A DNA stretch of 64,000 bases from Narcine bancroftii (lineage: Eukaryota): NCBI RefSeq assembly GCF_036971445.1, contig NC_091473.1:205964001-206028000 (forward strand), written 5' to 3'. Positions 12,845-24,254 of the stretch are shown one piece after another. A program made the translations under genes and the position numbers. The notes beneath the pieces were generated by a model. It made no database searches, had not been told where the DNA came from, and saw nothing but the letters and a program-made list of their open reading frames with translations. The number at the start of each line of letters is the position of its first letter. Positions within the stretch are counted from its first letter, which is position 1.

Positions 12845-13201
12845 GTGACTTCCTTCCCTTTCAGTTGTTTTCTGATTCTGTGGACCGTCCTACTTGCGAA
12901 CCTCTGATTGATTGGTCAGCTCATGTCTCTCCCGGCTCAGCGCAATTTATCGCATAGTTCATGCACTGCGAGATATGTTCAGGCACAAATTGAAATATCG
13001 TGGCCCATATATTAAATGGTTAAAAATAATAACCTAGACGATGTGGGTCCGCCTTGAATTGTCCGGACAAGATGACTTTGGATAAAAGGTTCCGGATATT
13101 ACACCTGAATACCTCGAAAACTGTTGAAGTGGACGTAGCCGTGTATCTCAGCGTGGTGTGGCTCATGCTGTTGCATGGAAATTGCGGGAGGCACAAAAAT
13201 T
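12845..13201 (+). pseudogene. TCR V pseudogene, unit 2 'V-A', internally deleted
   Basis: Paralog of 10001-10459; leader starts GTG; ILHLNTSKTVEVDVAVYLSVV; RSS CATGCTG (13164)-22 nt-ACAAAAATT. Confidence 0.75.
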
Positions 13202-13590
13202 GATTCTGAAATCGGATGTGGTTTGAAATCAAACGCGAGAAAGAAGATGCAAGAGCACGTTTGGGATTGCTTAATGTTAAACAGGTGAAAATGTGAGACA
13301 GTGTTAGCGTCAAGTATAGAACGAAAGAAGGAGAGAGGGGGCGAGGGAGGAGATAACAAAGGGTAGATGCGGGGAGTGTACAGATAGAGGGTTCGTGAAG
13401 CGAGGGGAACACGATGAAAAGTTTCTTCACGAACGCGATCTTATTGGTTTAATAATGGCCACACCAACCAATCCTGTATGAAGGAAGCACTCTCATATCT
13501 GTCCCAACTGGTAGACCGCTCATAACATCGCCCACCAATTGTACTAGGTAACATAAGGAAATATTCGCTGATGATCTTAATCCACATACC

Positions 13591-13637
13591 ATGATCTTCT
13601 TGAGTGGTTTGGTGATTTTTTTGGGCCGTTCTGACTG
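13591..13637 (+). pseudogene. Distal V leader exon (unit 2), +1 frameshift in a T run
   Basis: ATGATCTTCTTGAGTGGTTTGGTGATT..GCCGTTCTGACTG followed by GTGAGT; 47 nt instead of 46. Confidence 0.7.
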
Positions 13638-13958
13638 GTGAGTCTGTCGGACTGGTCAGTGAACTCTGCCAGTGTTCTTTCTCCACGAATCTCTTGCTTT
13701 AACCTAATTAAAAACAGACAATTTCCCCAAATTCTTTCGTTATCCCTTGCACGTTCTTCCTCCACTTATTAATTTACCCAGTATTTGTGTTTACTGAACT
13801 TCCTCGCAGTTTCACTCTCGCTCTCCATCACCCCTCTCTAGCTCTTCCCCGTTTTCGTGAGAAGGAAACCGCCACACAAACAGAGTTTCTGCTGCATCCG
13901 ACATTGGTATGGTTGAGGATTTGTAAAATATCCTTCTTCCGAATTTAGACTGGGCATC

Positions 13959-14398
13959 ATGTTCCTACTGATTTGATGGCTGATTCTATGCACCGTTCCG
14001 AATGTTGAGACTAACTCGTGCCGCGCGGGTTCAGTGCCATCCAGCGACGTTCACTCATTTTGTTTTGTTCCAGGGGCGAGGGCGAAGGATTCAGTGACAC
14101 AAAGACGGCCGCAAATGACAGTGCATGAAGGGCAGATCGTATCAATGAGCTGTAGTTACTTGATTAGCCCCGACACTGATTTTTGGTACATTCAAAATCC
14201 CGGAGATTCTCCAAATTATTTGGTGACAATCTACACTTCCTGAGTCGTGGTTCAGTCTCACGATTGTCCTGAGAGAATATCGCATTCTTTGGTGAAAAAG
14301 AAAATTAAATCCCACCTCTACATCTCTGAAAGCCTTATGGAGGATTCCGTACTGTATCTCACGCAGCTGCAGGGCAGTGGCAGATCCACATAAAAAAA
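13959..14398 (+). pseudogene. TRAV/TRDV: TCR V pseudogene, unit 2 'V-B' (proximal leader 13959-14004; V exon from 14074) with RSS
   Basis: KDSVTQRRPQMTVHEGQIVSMSCSY..FWYIQNPGDSPNYLV..*..EDSVLYL; stop in leader and donor mutated to TTGAGA; second Cys deleted; CACGCAG (14360)-23 nt-ATAAAAAAA. Confidence 0.88.
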
Positions 14399-14463
14399 AC
14401 GAACCTCATGGAATTTAATCAGCGCAATTCCTCACATATAATAAACTGCGTGCCTCTTTCCAG

Positions 14464-14771
14464 GAACAAATGGGGAACTATAGTGACACACGGACACGGC
14501 CGCGGGAAGGAAAGCAGTGTCATTGACTTTAGTGACTCGACAAATGTTACCTTATATTTTTGGTAGTTAAAATGCCCGTTCACCGTTAAAAAAATGGATA
14601 TAACATCCTAGTCGATGTGGGTCCGTGTCACGGTTGCCCGGACAGGATGACGGTTACTTTGGAAAAGGGGCAGGATATTCCACCTCAAAGATGTTGCACC
14701 GGCTTGGCCGTGTATCTCTGCACGATGCGGCTAACACTGTTCTTTGGAAAAAGGGGTGACGCACGAAAGCT
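14464..14771 (+). pseudogene. TCR V pseudogene, unit 3 'V-A' (no leader; duplication starts inside the intron at ~14419)
   Basis: TTTCCAG acceptor, GTNG.., GCPDRMTVTLEK, LAVYLCTMR; RSS AACACTG (14733)-23 nt-ACGAAAGCT. Confidence 0.75.
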
Positions 14772-15149
14772 GATTCTGAAATCGGATGTGGGTGGAATCA
14801 AACCCGAGACAGAGGAGGCGAGAGCGGGTTAGAGACTTCTTATGGTTGAGCAGCTGAAAATATTAGATAAAATTAGCTAGAGGAATAGAATGAAAGAAGG
14901 GGAGAGAGGGAGCGAGGAAGGAGATTACAAAAGAGGTGAGACTCGGGGAGTGTACAGGAAGAAAATGAATCCTTGGTGAAAGAAGGAGAACGCGATGCAG
15001 ACTGTCTTCTCAACGCCATCTGATTGGTTGATGAATGATATGATCAACCAATGCTGTGTGAAGGAAACATTCATATCTGCCCCAGGTGTTAGTCGCTCTT
15101 GACATCGTCGCAACGTTTGTTCTGCGGTAATTATCTTAATCCACATACC

Positions 15150-15195
15150 ATGATCTTCCTGAGTGGTTTGGTGATTCCTTGGTCCGTTCTGACCT
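15150..15195 (+). CDS. Distal V leader exon (unit 3); the partner V is not seen after the gap
   Basis: MIFLSGLVIPWSVLT + 1 nt, 46 nt, GTGAGT donor. Confidence 0.7.
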
Positions 15196-15374
15196 GTGAG
15201 TCTGTCTGACTGGTCAGCGACATCTGCCATTGTACTTTCTCTACGACTCTCTAGCTTTAACCTAATTAAAGACGGACATTTTTCCCCAAATTCCTTCGCT
15301 CTCCCTTGCACGTTCTTCCTCCCCTTACCCACTTACCCACTCTCTGTGTTTACTGAAGTTCCTCGCAGGTCACT

Positions 15375-15560
15375 NNNNNNNNNNNNNNNNNNNNNNNNNN
15401 NNNNNNNNNNNNNNNNNNNNNNNNNNNNNNNNNNNNNNNNNNNNNNNNNNNNNNNNNNNNNNNNNNNNNNNNNNNNNNNNNNNNNNNNNNNNNNNNNNNN
15501 NNNNNNNNNNNNNNNNNNNNNNNNNNNNNNNNNNNNNNNNNNNNNNNNNNNNNNNNNNNN
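15375..15560. other. Assembly gap (others at 39736-39887, 51141-51276, 56048-56217, 60681-60917)
   Basis: Runs of N. Confidence 1.
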
Positions 15561-17489
15561 TAACTGCATGAAGCTAATTTTCTTGAATTTTAAATATGTT
15601 CAAAAACAGGAAAAACCATGAACTGTAAATCTGTTTGAGAGATAGGTAACACAATAAATAGTTCGCAGGTGGCTGTCTTTGGAGAGTGGGGGTGTGGGAG
15701 AGGTGGAGAGGTGGAGAGAAAGAGGGAGAGAGGTGTGGGGAGAGAGGGAAAGAAAGAGAGAGAGAGGGAGAGAAAGAGAGAGAGAGAGAGAGATGGAAGT
15801 CAAAATGTCCCTTTCTCGGATGTCTGCTCATCCGCTATTGTTCTAGAAATTTGTTTGTTCCATGTCATGTGGCTATAAAAGTATTATCAGTCCAGTATTG
15901 CTGAGATTCGCGATCAGCAACAGCCGTGACACATCTTAATGATGATTTTGCGTTCGATTTCATCACTGATCGTGTTATGTTCCTAAACTTCAAATGAGAA
16001 TGCTATCAGATGTTTGCCGATATATTGTTACATCCAATCCAAACGTTGTCAGTTGTTGGCGCAGTGGAGGTGTGGGTTCATTGTTTGGCATTTGTGTTGT
16101 TGTCTCGGGTTTGGCGGACTTTAATTATATTTACACACGAAGCATTATATAGTGCCAATTTTAAGAATACTCCAGCTCCTCAGATAACTTTCCATTTCAA
16201 TATTGGCACCTCTAAGCAGGAATTGGAAAATGGAAATTATTATAAATATTAATGATAAAGAAGGAATTTTCTGCAATAGTGCTTTTGTGAAAAGGGGCCG
16301 CCAGGACAAGACCGGAGTATAGCATGAAACAGCATTGGCTGTCCGGTTTCTGTGCATCCACATCTTCAGTTACATGTATTCGGGTTAATAATACGAGATA
16401 TGAAGGTACCGATGTACGATTTTATTGTTATGTACTGAGTTATAGGCCTTGCTCAGGCTGAAAACCATAAATTTGCTGGCAATGGTTTTTCACATTGGAG
16501 GTCCTGCGAAGAAGGTTTAATGAATGCCAAGGAGGTGGGCAGTTAAATGCACAGTTATAGAAATAGCACTGCTGCATTTTCTAACATTGAGTTTAAATTA
16601 GATGTTGTATTGTTCTTTGGCGAAGAGATCCTTGCAATATGCTTTTTAGAAGATCGCTAAAGAAGTCAAGTCTAATAAAATGAACTTGCTGCATAAATGA
16701 TTTCAATACATGAAATAATAACGTGTTTCATCACATCGTCTGTTTGCTCTGCATTCTTGATCACCGAAGCCAACCACGAGAATAACAGAATAACCACGAG
16801 CCAATAACAGAGAAAATATTACGTTGTATCGCCACAGGGCTCTCATGTCGACGGAACCTGCGAGCAGAATATTTCCTCGCATACTCAGACTGGTTGGCAA
16901 CCTATAACTCTATTTACTACATATTTTCACAAATCAATACAATCTAAAACAGGCTTCCTCACCATCTACCATACGGTCCTTTAAACCGAGACATCAAGGC
17001 CACGAGCTAAGGTGGAATAACCTGATGATTAATGATTCGGTGATCCGTTTACTTGATGAGAATATGGAAACGCTACCGGCATACGACGTATCTGTGAAAA
17101 ATAAATTAAAAATACCCACAGCTGTTCCAACAAGGAACCGAAAAAAAAATCCCACGGTCATTGGCATTTGCAATTTAGAAATAGAAGAGAGAGAGACTCA
17201 GCCAATCAGGAAGAATCCATGGACATAAATTATCATTAAACTTTTCACATCAGCACCCTTGACTCGATTATTGGTTCCGATCAATAATTGTCACTGCGTA
17301 TTTCATTGCACTGATGATTCCTGTCCGTCCAGCGGTGTCATTTCAGTCAAGAGGACTCATAACCTCCCAATAGAAGGCTCTCTCTTTCTCCGAGACGCAA
17401 GGGAGAGACAAGCAGTGTAGAATACCGACATCGTCATTCACACAAGCGAGTATTGGAAAGTTTTAACTCTCTATTACATTCTGTTTCAT

Positions 17490-18150
17490 TAGTTGTTTGG
17501 AGGAAATACTCTAGCTCGAGTCGAGGCCCAACTGGAACTGCATGAAATGGAAATCAAAAAAGCTTTGAATTGATTGGTGAAATCGAAGAAAAAAGGAGAA
17601 ATACGACTATAGGAGATAACGAGCAAAAGATTCAAATTGCGGTTGGTGTGATCGGAGAGGGTGAGAGCATTGTACTGAGCGGCTGTCACTTTGCCAATCA
17701 CGAGAGAGACCAGACTTCACAGCTCTATTTGTACCTCCAATTGCAAACTATTTCTGAATCATGTCGATTCAGCTCAAATTCATCCTGGGCGCCTCGCAAC
17801 TCTGTATTCGCTTTCAACCTATTGGTTTCTTAAATCATTTGTTCTCTATACCGGTAGGTTGACTGCGTTTCAGTCCATTTAATCAGTGAATTTCATGCAT
17901 GAATGCAATATTGTCTACCGAAAACGGGGAGTGAAACCAAGATCCTGGATCTAGCTCTTTGATGATCGATGCCTGATAGGTTCAGGGGAATATCCAGGTC
18001 AATTTTCGCTATCCCACGGAATGACCTCACTGTTAATACTCACGCTCCTTACCCGCGGTTATCCTCCACTTACTAAGGCTTGGTCAACGGGAAGATAAGG
18101 ACGCAAAGACTTGAATATTCGCTGCCTTATCTTGGAGAGTTATTTCGTTT
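17490..18150 (+). pseudogene. One or two highly decayed V remnants
   Basis: EGESIVLSGCHF...LYLYLQ (~17655-17740); leader-like LSTYWFLKSFVLYT-G with GTAGGT donor (~17852); VNFRYPT and STG..KD..R resembling V 51608. Confidence 0.35.
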
Positions 18151-18203
18151 CTAGTTTTTTTTTTATCTTATACGAGTTTCAGGAATAGTGGCAATTCAGG
18201 GTA

Positions 18204-18596
18204 ATGTGTCCTGTTGCTTGATTCATGTTCTCTTCTGTATAAGTCTGGACATTGTCGAGGCAACGCTGTTTCGCAGACACCAATTGTGACCACAGTGACT
18301 GAAGGAGACGATTCTCAACTGAATTGTAACAATACAACAACAAACATAAGTACTCCAAGATTAATCTGACACCGTATGTATCGCGGCCAGTCACTGTACG
18401 TTTTGATGGTCATAACGCAAAATAACGGCAAGATAAATAGAAAAAAATCCCCGAAAACTTTTCTCGGCGGTGCTTGATATTTCGAAGCGCACGGTTCCAC
18501 TGTATGTTTCTGAAACATAGCTGGAAGATACGGCCATGTATTATTGTGCTGTGATCCCACAGAGGTACGGAACAGGGGTGAGACTACAAATGTAAC
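18204..18596 (+). pseudogene. TRAV/TRDV: TCR V pseudogene of a distinct family, with RSS
   Basis: HCRG-NAVSQTPIVTTVTEGDDSQLNC..RLI*HRMYRGQSL../FSAVLDISKRTVPLYVSET*LEDTAMYYCAVI; heptamer CACAGAG at 18558, decayed nonamer; two stops and a frameshift. Confidence 0.88.
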
Positions 18597-19105
18597 AGGT
18601 CATCTCATTGCCTGAACAAAGCTTTAAACAATTGTTTGCTGCTCCGTACATGCAATACAACCCAAATGGATAACTGGCGATGACTATCCAATTTTATGCT
18701 ACTGATAAGATTATTTTATCAGATTAAGTACAATTTATTGTCATGTAATAAAACAGAAATATAATGTTATTATGTAATTGCATTTAATCTGTCATTAGGT
18801 GGAAAAAAGATTGAGCAATATCATTGCCCAGAGCCCCTGCCAATGAGAGAATTAGATGCAAACGAAAGTCCCCCCAGATTCACTGAGTTTCGCCCTTATC
18901 AAACTCGAAGCCTCTGAAGCAGCACAAGTCTCAAGTTCAGAGGCAATCCCAGCCCAGAGTTAAACTTCCAAATCAACAAGGAGGCCTTTGTAAGCCTGTA
19001 GGGAGCCATCGAACTAGGACAGGCCAATATGAAACCAGGCGGGAGCGCTGTGTCTTCGTTCCCCGTGGGTGAGCAGAGGCAGTGATGCCATTACAGCAGC
19101 TTCGC

Positions 19106-21603
19106 TATAACCATATAACATGTAACCATATAACCACTTATAGCACAGAACAGGCCAATTCGGCCCTACTAGTCCATGCCATAACAAATTGCCTCTCTCC
19201 TAGTCCCACTGACCAGCACCCGGTCCATACCCCTCCAGTCCTCTCCTCTCCATGTAACTATCTAGTCTATCCTTAAATGTAACCAATGATCCCGCCTCAA
19301 CCACGTCTGCTGGAAGCTCATTCCACATCCCTACCACCCTTTGCGTAAACAAATTTCCCCTCATGTTCTCCTGATAATTTTCCCGATTCAATCTTAAACC
19401 ATTCCCTCGAGTTTGAATCTCCCCCACTCTTAATTGAAAACGCCTATCCACATTTACTCTGTCTGTCCCTTTTAAAATCTTAAACACCTCTATCAAGTCC
19501 CCCCTCAATCTTCTACGCTCCAGAGAAAAAAGCCCTAGTCTGCACAACCTTTCCCTGTAACTCAAACCTTGAAATCCTGTCAACATTCTCGTGAACATTC
19601 TCTGCACTCTCTCTATTTTGTTTATATCTTTCCAATAATTTGGTGACCAAAACTGTACACAGTACTCCAAATGTGGCCTCACCAATGCCTTGTACAATTT
19701 CATCATAACCTCCCTACTCTTGAATTCAATACTCCGATTTATGAAGGCCAACATTTCAAATGCTTTCTCCACCACACCAAGTACCTGAGTATCAGCCTTG
19801 AGGGTACTATTTAGCATCACTCCTAAATCCCTTTGCTGCTCTGCACATCTCAATAGTCTACCATTTAATGCATATGACCTATTCAGATTTGCCTTTCCAA
19901 AATGTAACAACTCACACTTATCTGTATTAAATTCCATCAGCCATTTCTCAGCCAACACCTCCAGCCTTTCTAAATCACCTTTTAAACTACGGTAATCTTC
20001 CTCACTGTCCACAACACCACCAATCTTTGTATCATCCGCAAACTTGCTTATCCAATTCTCCACCCCTACTTCCAGATCATTAATATATATTTAACAAACA
20101 GTAGTGGACCCCGTATTGATCCCTGAGGAACTCCACTAGTCACCGGTCTCTAATTGGACAAACAAGTTTCTACCACTACTCTCTGACACCTCCCATCTAA
20201 CCATTGCTGAATCCATTTCACTACCTCCTTATTTATACCTAATGCCTCCACCTTTTTTCCTAACCTCCTGTGGGGAACTTTGTCAAAAGCTTTACTAAAG
20301 TCTAAATAGACAGCATCCACAGCTTTCCCTTCATCAAACTTTTTTGTAACCCCCTCGAAAAACTCAATCAGGTTCGTCAAGCATGATCTACCCCTGACGA
20401 AACCATGCTGATTATTCCCTATCAATCCCTGTACCTCCAAATATTTGTACATACCATCCCTCAGAACACTTTCCATCAACTTACCCACCACAGACGTCAG
20501 ACTCACGGGCCTATAATTTCCAGGTTTACATTTGGACCCTTTCCTAAACAGCAGAAAAACATGCGCCACCCTCCAATCCTTTGGCACTACCCCCGTGACC
20601 AGTGACATCCTAAATATCTCTGTTAATGACAACACTATCTGTCCACAATATTCCCTGTGTGTCCTTGGGAATATTTTGTCTGATCCCGGAGATTTATCCA
20701 CAGATTTCAACACAGCCATCACTACCTCCACGGTTATCCTTATATGCTTCATGACCTCACCACTATTTTTCTTTACTTCAACTAGTTCAATAATTTTTCC
20801 CTAGTGAATACCGAGGAAAATAAATCATTTCAAATTTCCCCCATTTTCTGTGACTTCTCACTCAGCCTACACTCGCTATCTACAAGGGGTCCAATTTTAT
20901 CCCTCAGTAATCTTTTACTTTTAATGTTCCTAGAGAAACCCTTTGGATTTATTTTTATTCTGTCTGCCAACGCCTCTTCGTACCTTTTTTTGGACTTTAT
21001 AATTTCTTTCTTAAGATTCCTTCTACACTCCTTGTAGTCCTCCTTCAAACTCTCAGCTCCCTGCTCTTTATACCTCTTGTACTCCTCCCTTTTTCTCCTA
21101 ACCAAATTTCCAATATTTCTCGAAAACAAAGCCTCCCTATGACTTCCAGCCTTTCCTTTGAATCCCACTGGGACATATCTACTCTGTACCCTCAAAATTT
21201 CTTTTTTGAATATCCTCCATTTTTAATTTACATCCTTACCTGAAAATATCCTGTTTCACTCAATACTCCCCAAATCCCTTCTTATTCCTTCGAAATATGC
21301 TCTTCTCCAATCCAGAACCTCATCTTTAAGCCCCTCCTTGCTCTTCCCTAAATCTACACGAAAACTAACAGAGTTATGATCACTACACCCAATGTGTTCT
21401 CCAATGTTAATGTCCGGTACCTGACCTAGCTCATTCCCTAATAGGAGATCTAGTATTACACTGTCCCGAGTTGGTTCTTCTACTAATTGATTCAGAAAAC
21501 AATCTTGAACACATTTAACGAACTCGAGCCCATCCAGCACTCTAACTGTATGGGTATCCCAATCAATGTGAGGGAAGTTAAAGTCTCCCATGATCACTAC
21601 CTT
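19106..21603 (-). mobile_element. 5'-truncated CR1 LINE (ORF2 partial endonuclease + RT)
   Basis: MGDFNFPHIDW, NYRPVSLTSVVGKLME, LDFSKAFDKVPH, KFADDTKIGG, RPHLEYCVQFWSP; 3' (TTATATGG)-type repeat at 19106-19136. Confidence 0.95.
19200..20063 (-). CDS. CR1 ORF2 RT C-terminal fragment (287-aa open segment)
   Basis: ORF track; FADDTK and CR1-typical C-terminal motifs. Confidence 0.8.
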   Translation of the reverse strand: MENWISKFADDTKIGGVVDSEEDYRSLKGDLERLEVLAEKWLMEFNTDKCELLHFGKANLNRSYALNGRLLRCAEQQRDLGVMLNSTLKADTQVLGVVEKAFEMLAFINRSIEFKSREVMMKLYKALVRPHLEYCVQFWSPNYWKDINKIERVQRMFTRMLTGFQGLSYRERLCRLGLFSLERRRLRGDLIEVFKILKGTDRVNVDRRFQLRVGEIQTRGNGLRLNRENYQENMRGNLFTQRVVGMWNELPADVVEAGSLVTFKDRLDSYMERRGLEGYGPGAGQWD

Positions 21604-23775
21604 AGTGCGGCCATTATTTCTATATCTTCCCCCACAGTCAGTTGACCAACCAATTCCAGATCAGAGGTGTGACTTTGAACAATGAGAAAGAACTCTGGCT
21701 TTGCATCCCTCCTTTTCTCATCCAATGTTATTCTCTGGTTCCGAGACCTTGACAATAGGAAGAATTTTCCCTTTAAATTTAATCCATTACCGTTTTGGTA
21801 AAATACGCCTCAAATTTTGAAAATCCATTATACCCTGTTTGCCCTGTTTTAGGAAGTTATTAGCCTTTCAAATTAACATTCTGATTTCACATATTCAAAT
21901 TTAATATTCCTGATTTAATTTAACGTATCTGTGATAACACAACATCCGTGGAAGTTACAAGATATACAGCCAGAGGTGGGACTGCAAGAGACCTCAAACA
22001 CAGGTGATGAGTTGTTGGCTGCCAGGGTACGGGAAGCATGTGAATATGAATCAACACCACATACTGATTTGGTGAATGGAGGAGACGGGAAACAAACTTT
22101 TCAGGGCGCAGTTTTAGACATTCTAGATATACATTTAGCATCGTATTTCAACAGGCGTTGGAAAATCCTTCTCATTGTCCATGCCATAATACTTTGTGTG
22201 CTCATTCTATTTGAAAGAAAAAAGAAGTACCCCTTTTATAGGAGGAGAATTATTTGTCTAAATTGTTTACATTCTGAAGCGTATTTCTGCTGTTTCTGTT
22301 CATGCTATTCCGTCTCTCACTGTCTCCAGATTTGTCCAAGTCTACACCTACCTCTGCTTCGGGGAAGATCCCAACATCTGTAAAGATCCATTCCACAGTG
22401 GTCACACTCTTCCCCCACCCAGCGTATGACAGTATATTGAAAAGAGGAATACACCATTCAGCTTTTTTGGTCAGATGTTTGAATGGACGTCTTATCAGGT
22501 CAGCGTCGATGGCTTGCTCAGTTTCAACTCAATTATCTCCATAGCCTTAATCTTCTATTTGTAATACAGCCATCTTTTCAGTTTGCAGAAAGTGTGACAT
22601 TTGTCCACAGCACTTCGGTTTTATTGCTGCATCATATGTTCTACATATTGTATGTCAATTTGCCTGTATTTCAGAAAAGACAATATTATTTACTACGTAT
22701 CAACAGAAATGGCAATTAAAAACTCAAAGTCGTTTTCTGATTTAATTTATGTTATCTGCCATTTGAGAGGCAGGAGGATAATATAAATAAAAATGCACCA
22801 GCAATTATGCTTGAACATATTTGAATATGTGGCATTCTGATTCTGACCTAATATTAGAAAGATAAGTTTAATTACAATAGATGCTTCAGAAACTTCCATC
22901 GATTTAAAGGTCGCTGGATCGATACATTAACCTGCAGCGAAAATCAAATATGCTGGAAAAAAGGTATTTAATTTATTTTGGCTTCCTACTGCATGCTATA
23001 TTATGTGCTACGTTCTCGAAGGCACAGTGCTTAAATCAGAACAGCAAACAATCCAAGTATCAAGTGAATAAACACACCTTTAAAAGATCGATAGCATGAA
23101 TCATTGGGAAGCTTATATTATTATTTAACGTGATCCTAGGATTATATCATTAACATTATTAGAGACACGATCAAGCCTGGTGAAAATAAATTGGCTATAT
23201 TTGATTTAACCACCATGTTCACCAAGCATAAAAAGTGAAATAATAAATGTAATGAGGCCAGTGTCGGGTGAATATAATGCCAATGGTATTTGTAAAACCA
23301 TTAACAAAAATTAGAATAAACTGGAGAGTAAAGCGTGAAAGAATGACAAGGAGATATAAAACTATAAATGGAGCTGTTGCTTCTGATGGGAAAACTTCCA
23401 TCAAAAGAGTGAAAAATGTGTTTGCAGTGGAAAATGATATATGGACTATCCACTTCAAAAGCGACAGTGTAAGATGAAGAATAGCCGGGTCAACTATTCG
23501 AAGGTCTATTTAATAATAAATGGCGGATTAACGTAAATAATGCGAGACGTGCAAAATACACAGGAACTAAAGGATGAGCCGTTGGCATGCTATTCCATAT
23601 AGTTAAGCTGGTCACATCTGCCATAATTTCGACTACAGGGCCTCAGTGGGGTACGAGAGCAACGAGCGAGAGGCTTGAGTGTGGTTGGGGATAAGTATGA
23701 CAAAAGTGCAACTTCAGTTAAATTGTGCGAATGGACTTATACCATCTTTGCTACTTAGACACACATGCATCTTGA

Positions 23776-24150
23776 TGACGTCAGTTAACTTTGCATTTTA
23801 CTCTCGGCGTTATCACGCCTATTATAGGGATGAGAGAACAGCTTGATCCAAAAGAGATCATGAACCGAAAACATTTATTTCCATATTTATGGGCTGGTCA
23901 ATGATATTCCATTACCGTACAGTATCCAAAGGTATGCGCCGACGGATCGCCATTTTCCCGTTATTTGAGCCAATGATTAGGCTTTTATATTATTCCAGTT
24001 ATTCAAGTAAAGCACACAATATATTTCCTCAACACGATTCAAAGTTCATGTATCCGCGTGCTGAAATACTGAAGACTTCAGAGAATGAGAACTGAGCCCT
24101 TGACATCTCGAAATTTTCAGACAGCCTTGAAAGGTGGGGGAGAACCAAAG
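23776..24150 (+). pseudogene. Possible decayed V with CRE-containing promoter and leader-like exon
   Basis: TGACGTCA at 23776; exon 23889-23931 MGWSMIFHYRTVSK-G with GTATGC donor; TTCCAG acceptor at 23998; downstream V motifs weak. Confidence 0.3.
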
Positions 24151-24254
24151 TTTGCATTTGTTTATGCTGTTGCCAGTTGAATCGCACGCCGCATGACGGG
24201 GCTTACGTAAGTTTTTAGAATCGCAAGAGAGAAACGACTCCCACGGTTATGACC

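Larger units (their letters stand above)
9965..15374 (+). repeat. Tandem segmental triplication (units ~9965-11650, ~12815-14418, ~14419-15374)
   Basis: Collinear shared blocks such as TCAGCGCAATT, TGATTCTGAAATCGGATGTGG and ACCAAT..AAGGAA in all three units, and TCTTCCGAATTTAG in units 1 and 2. Confidence 0.9.

Noticed and set aside
14419-14771. Leaderless V as a NAR-TCR supporting V-delta
   Set aside because: Leader loss is explained by the duplication breakpoint, paralogs have decayed leaders, and no upstream NAR-type V-D-J or CDR1 Cys is seen.
22394-22432. Perfect heptamer CACAGTG
   Set aside because: No nonamer at 12 or 23 nt and no YxC upstream.
21931-23477. Short ORFs in AT-rich sequence (150 aa, 69 aa and others) and a minus-strand LQTE..AV word near 22570
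   Set aside because: No recognisable domain, splice structure or supporting V framework.
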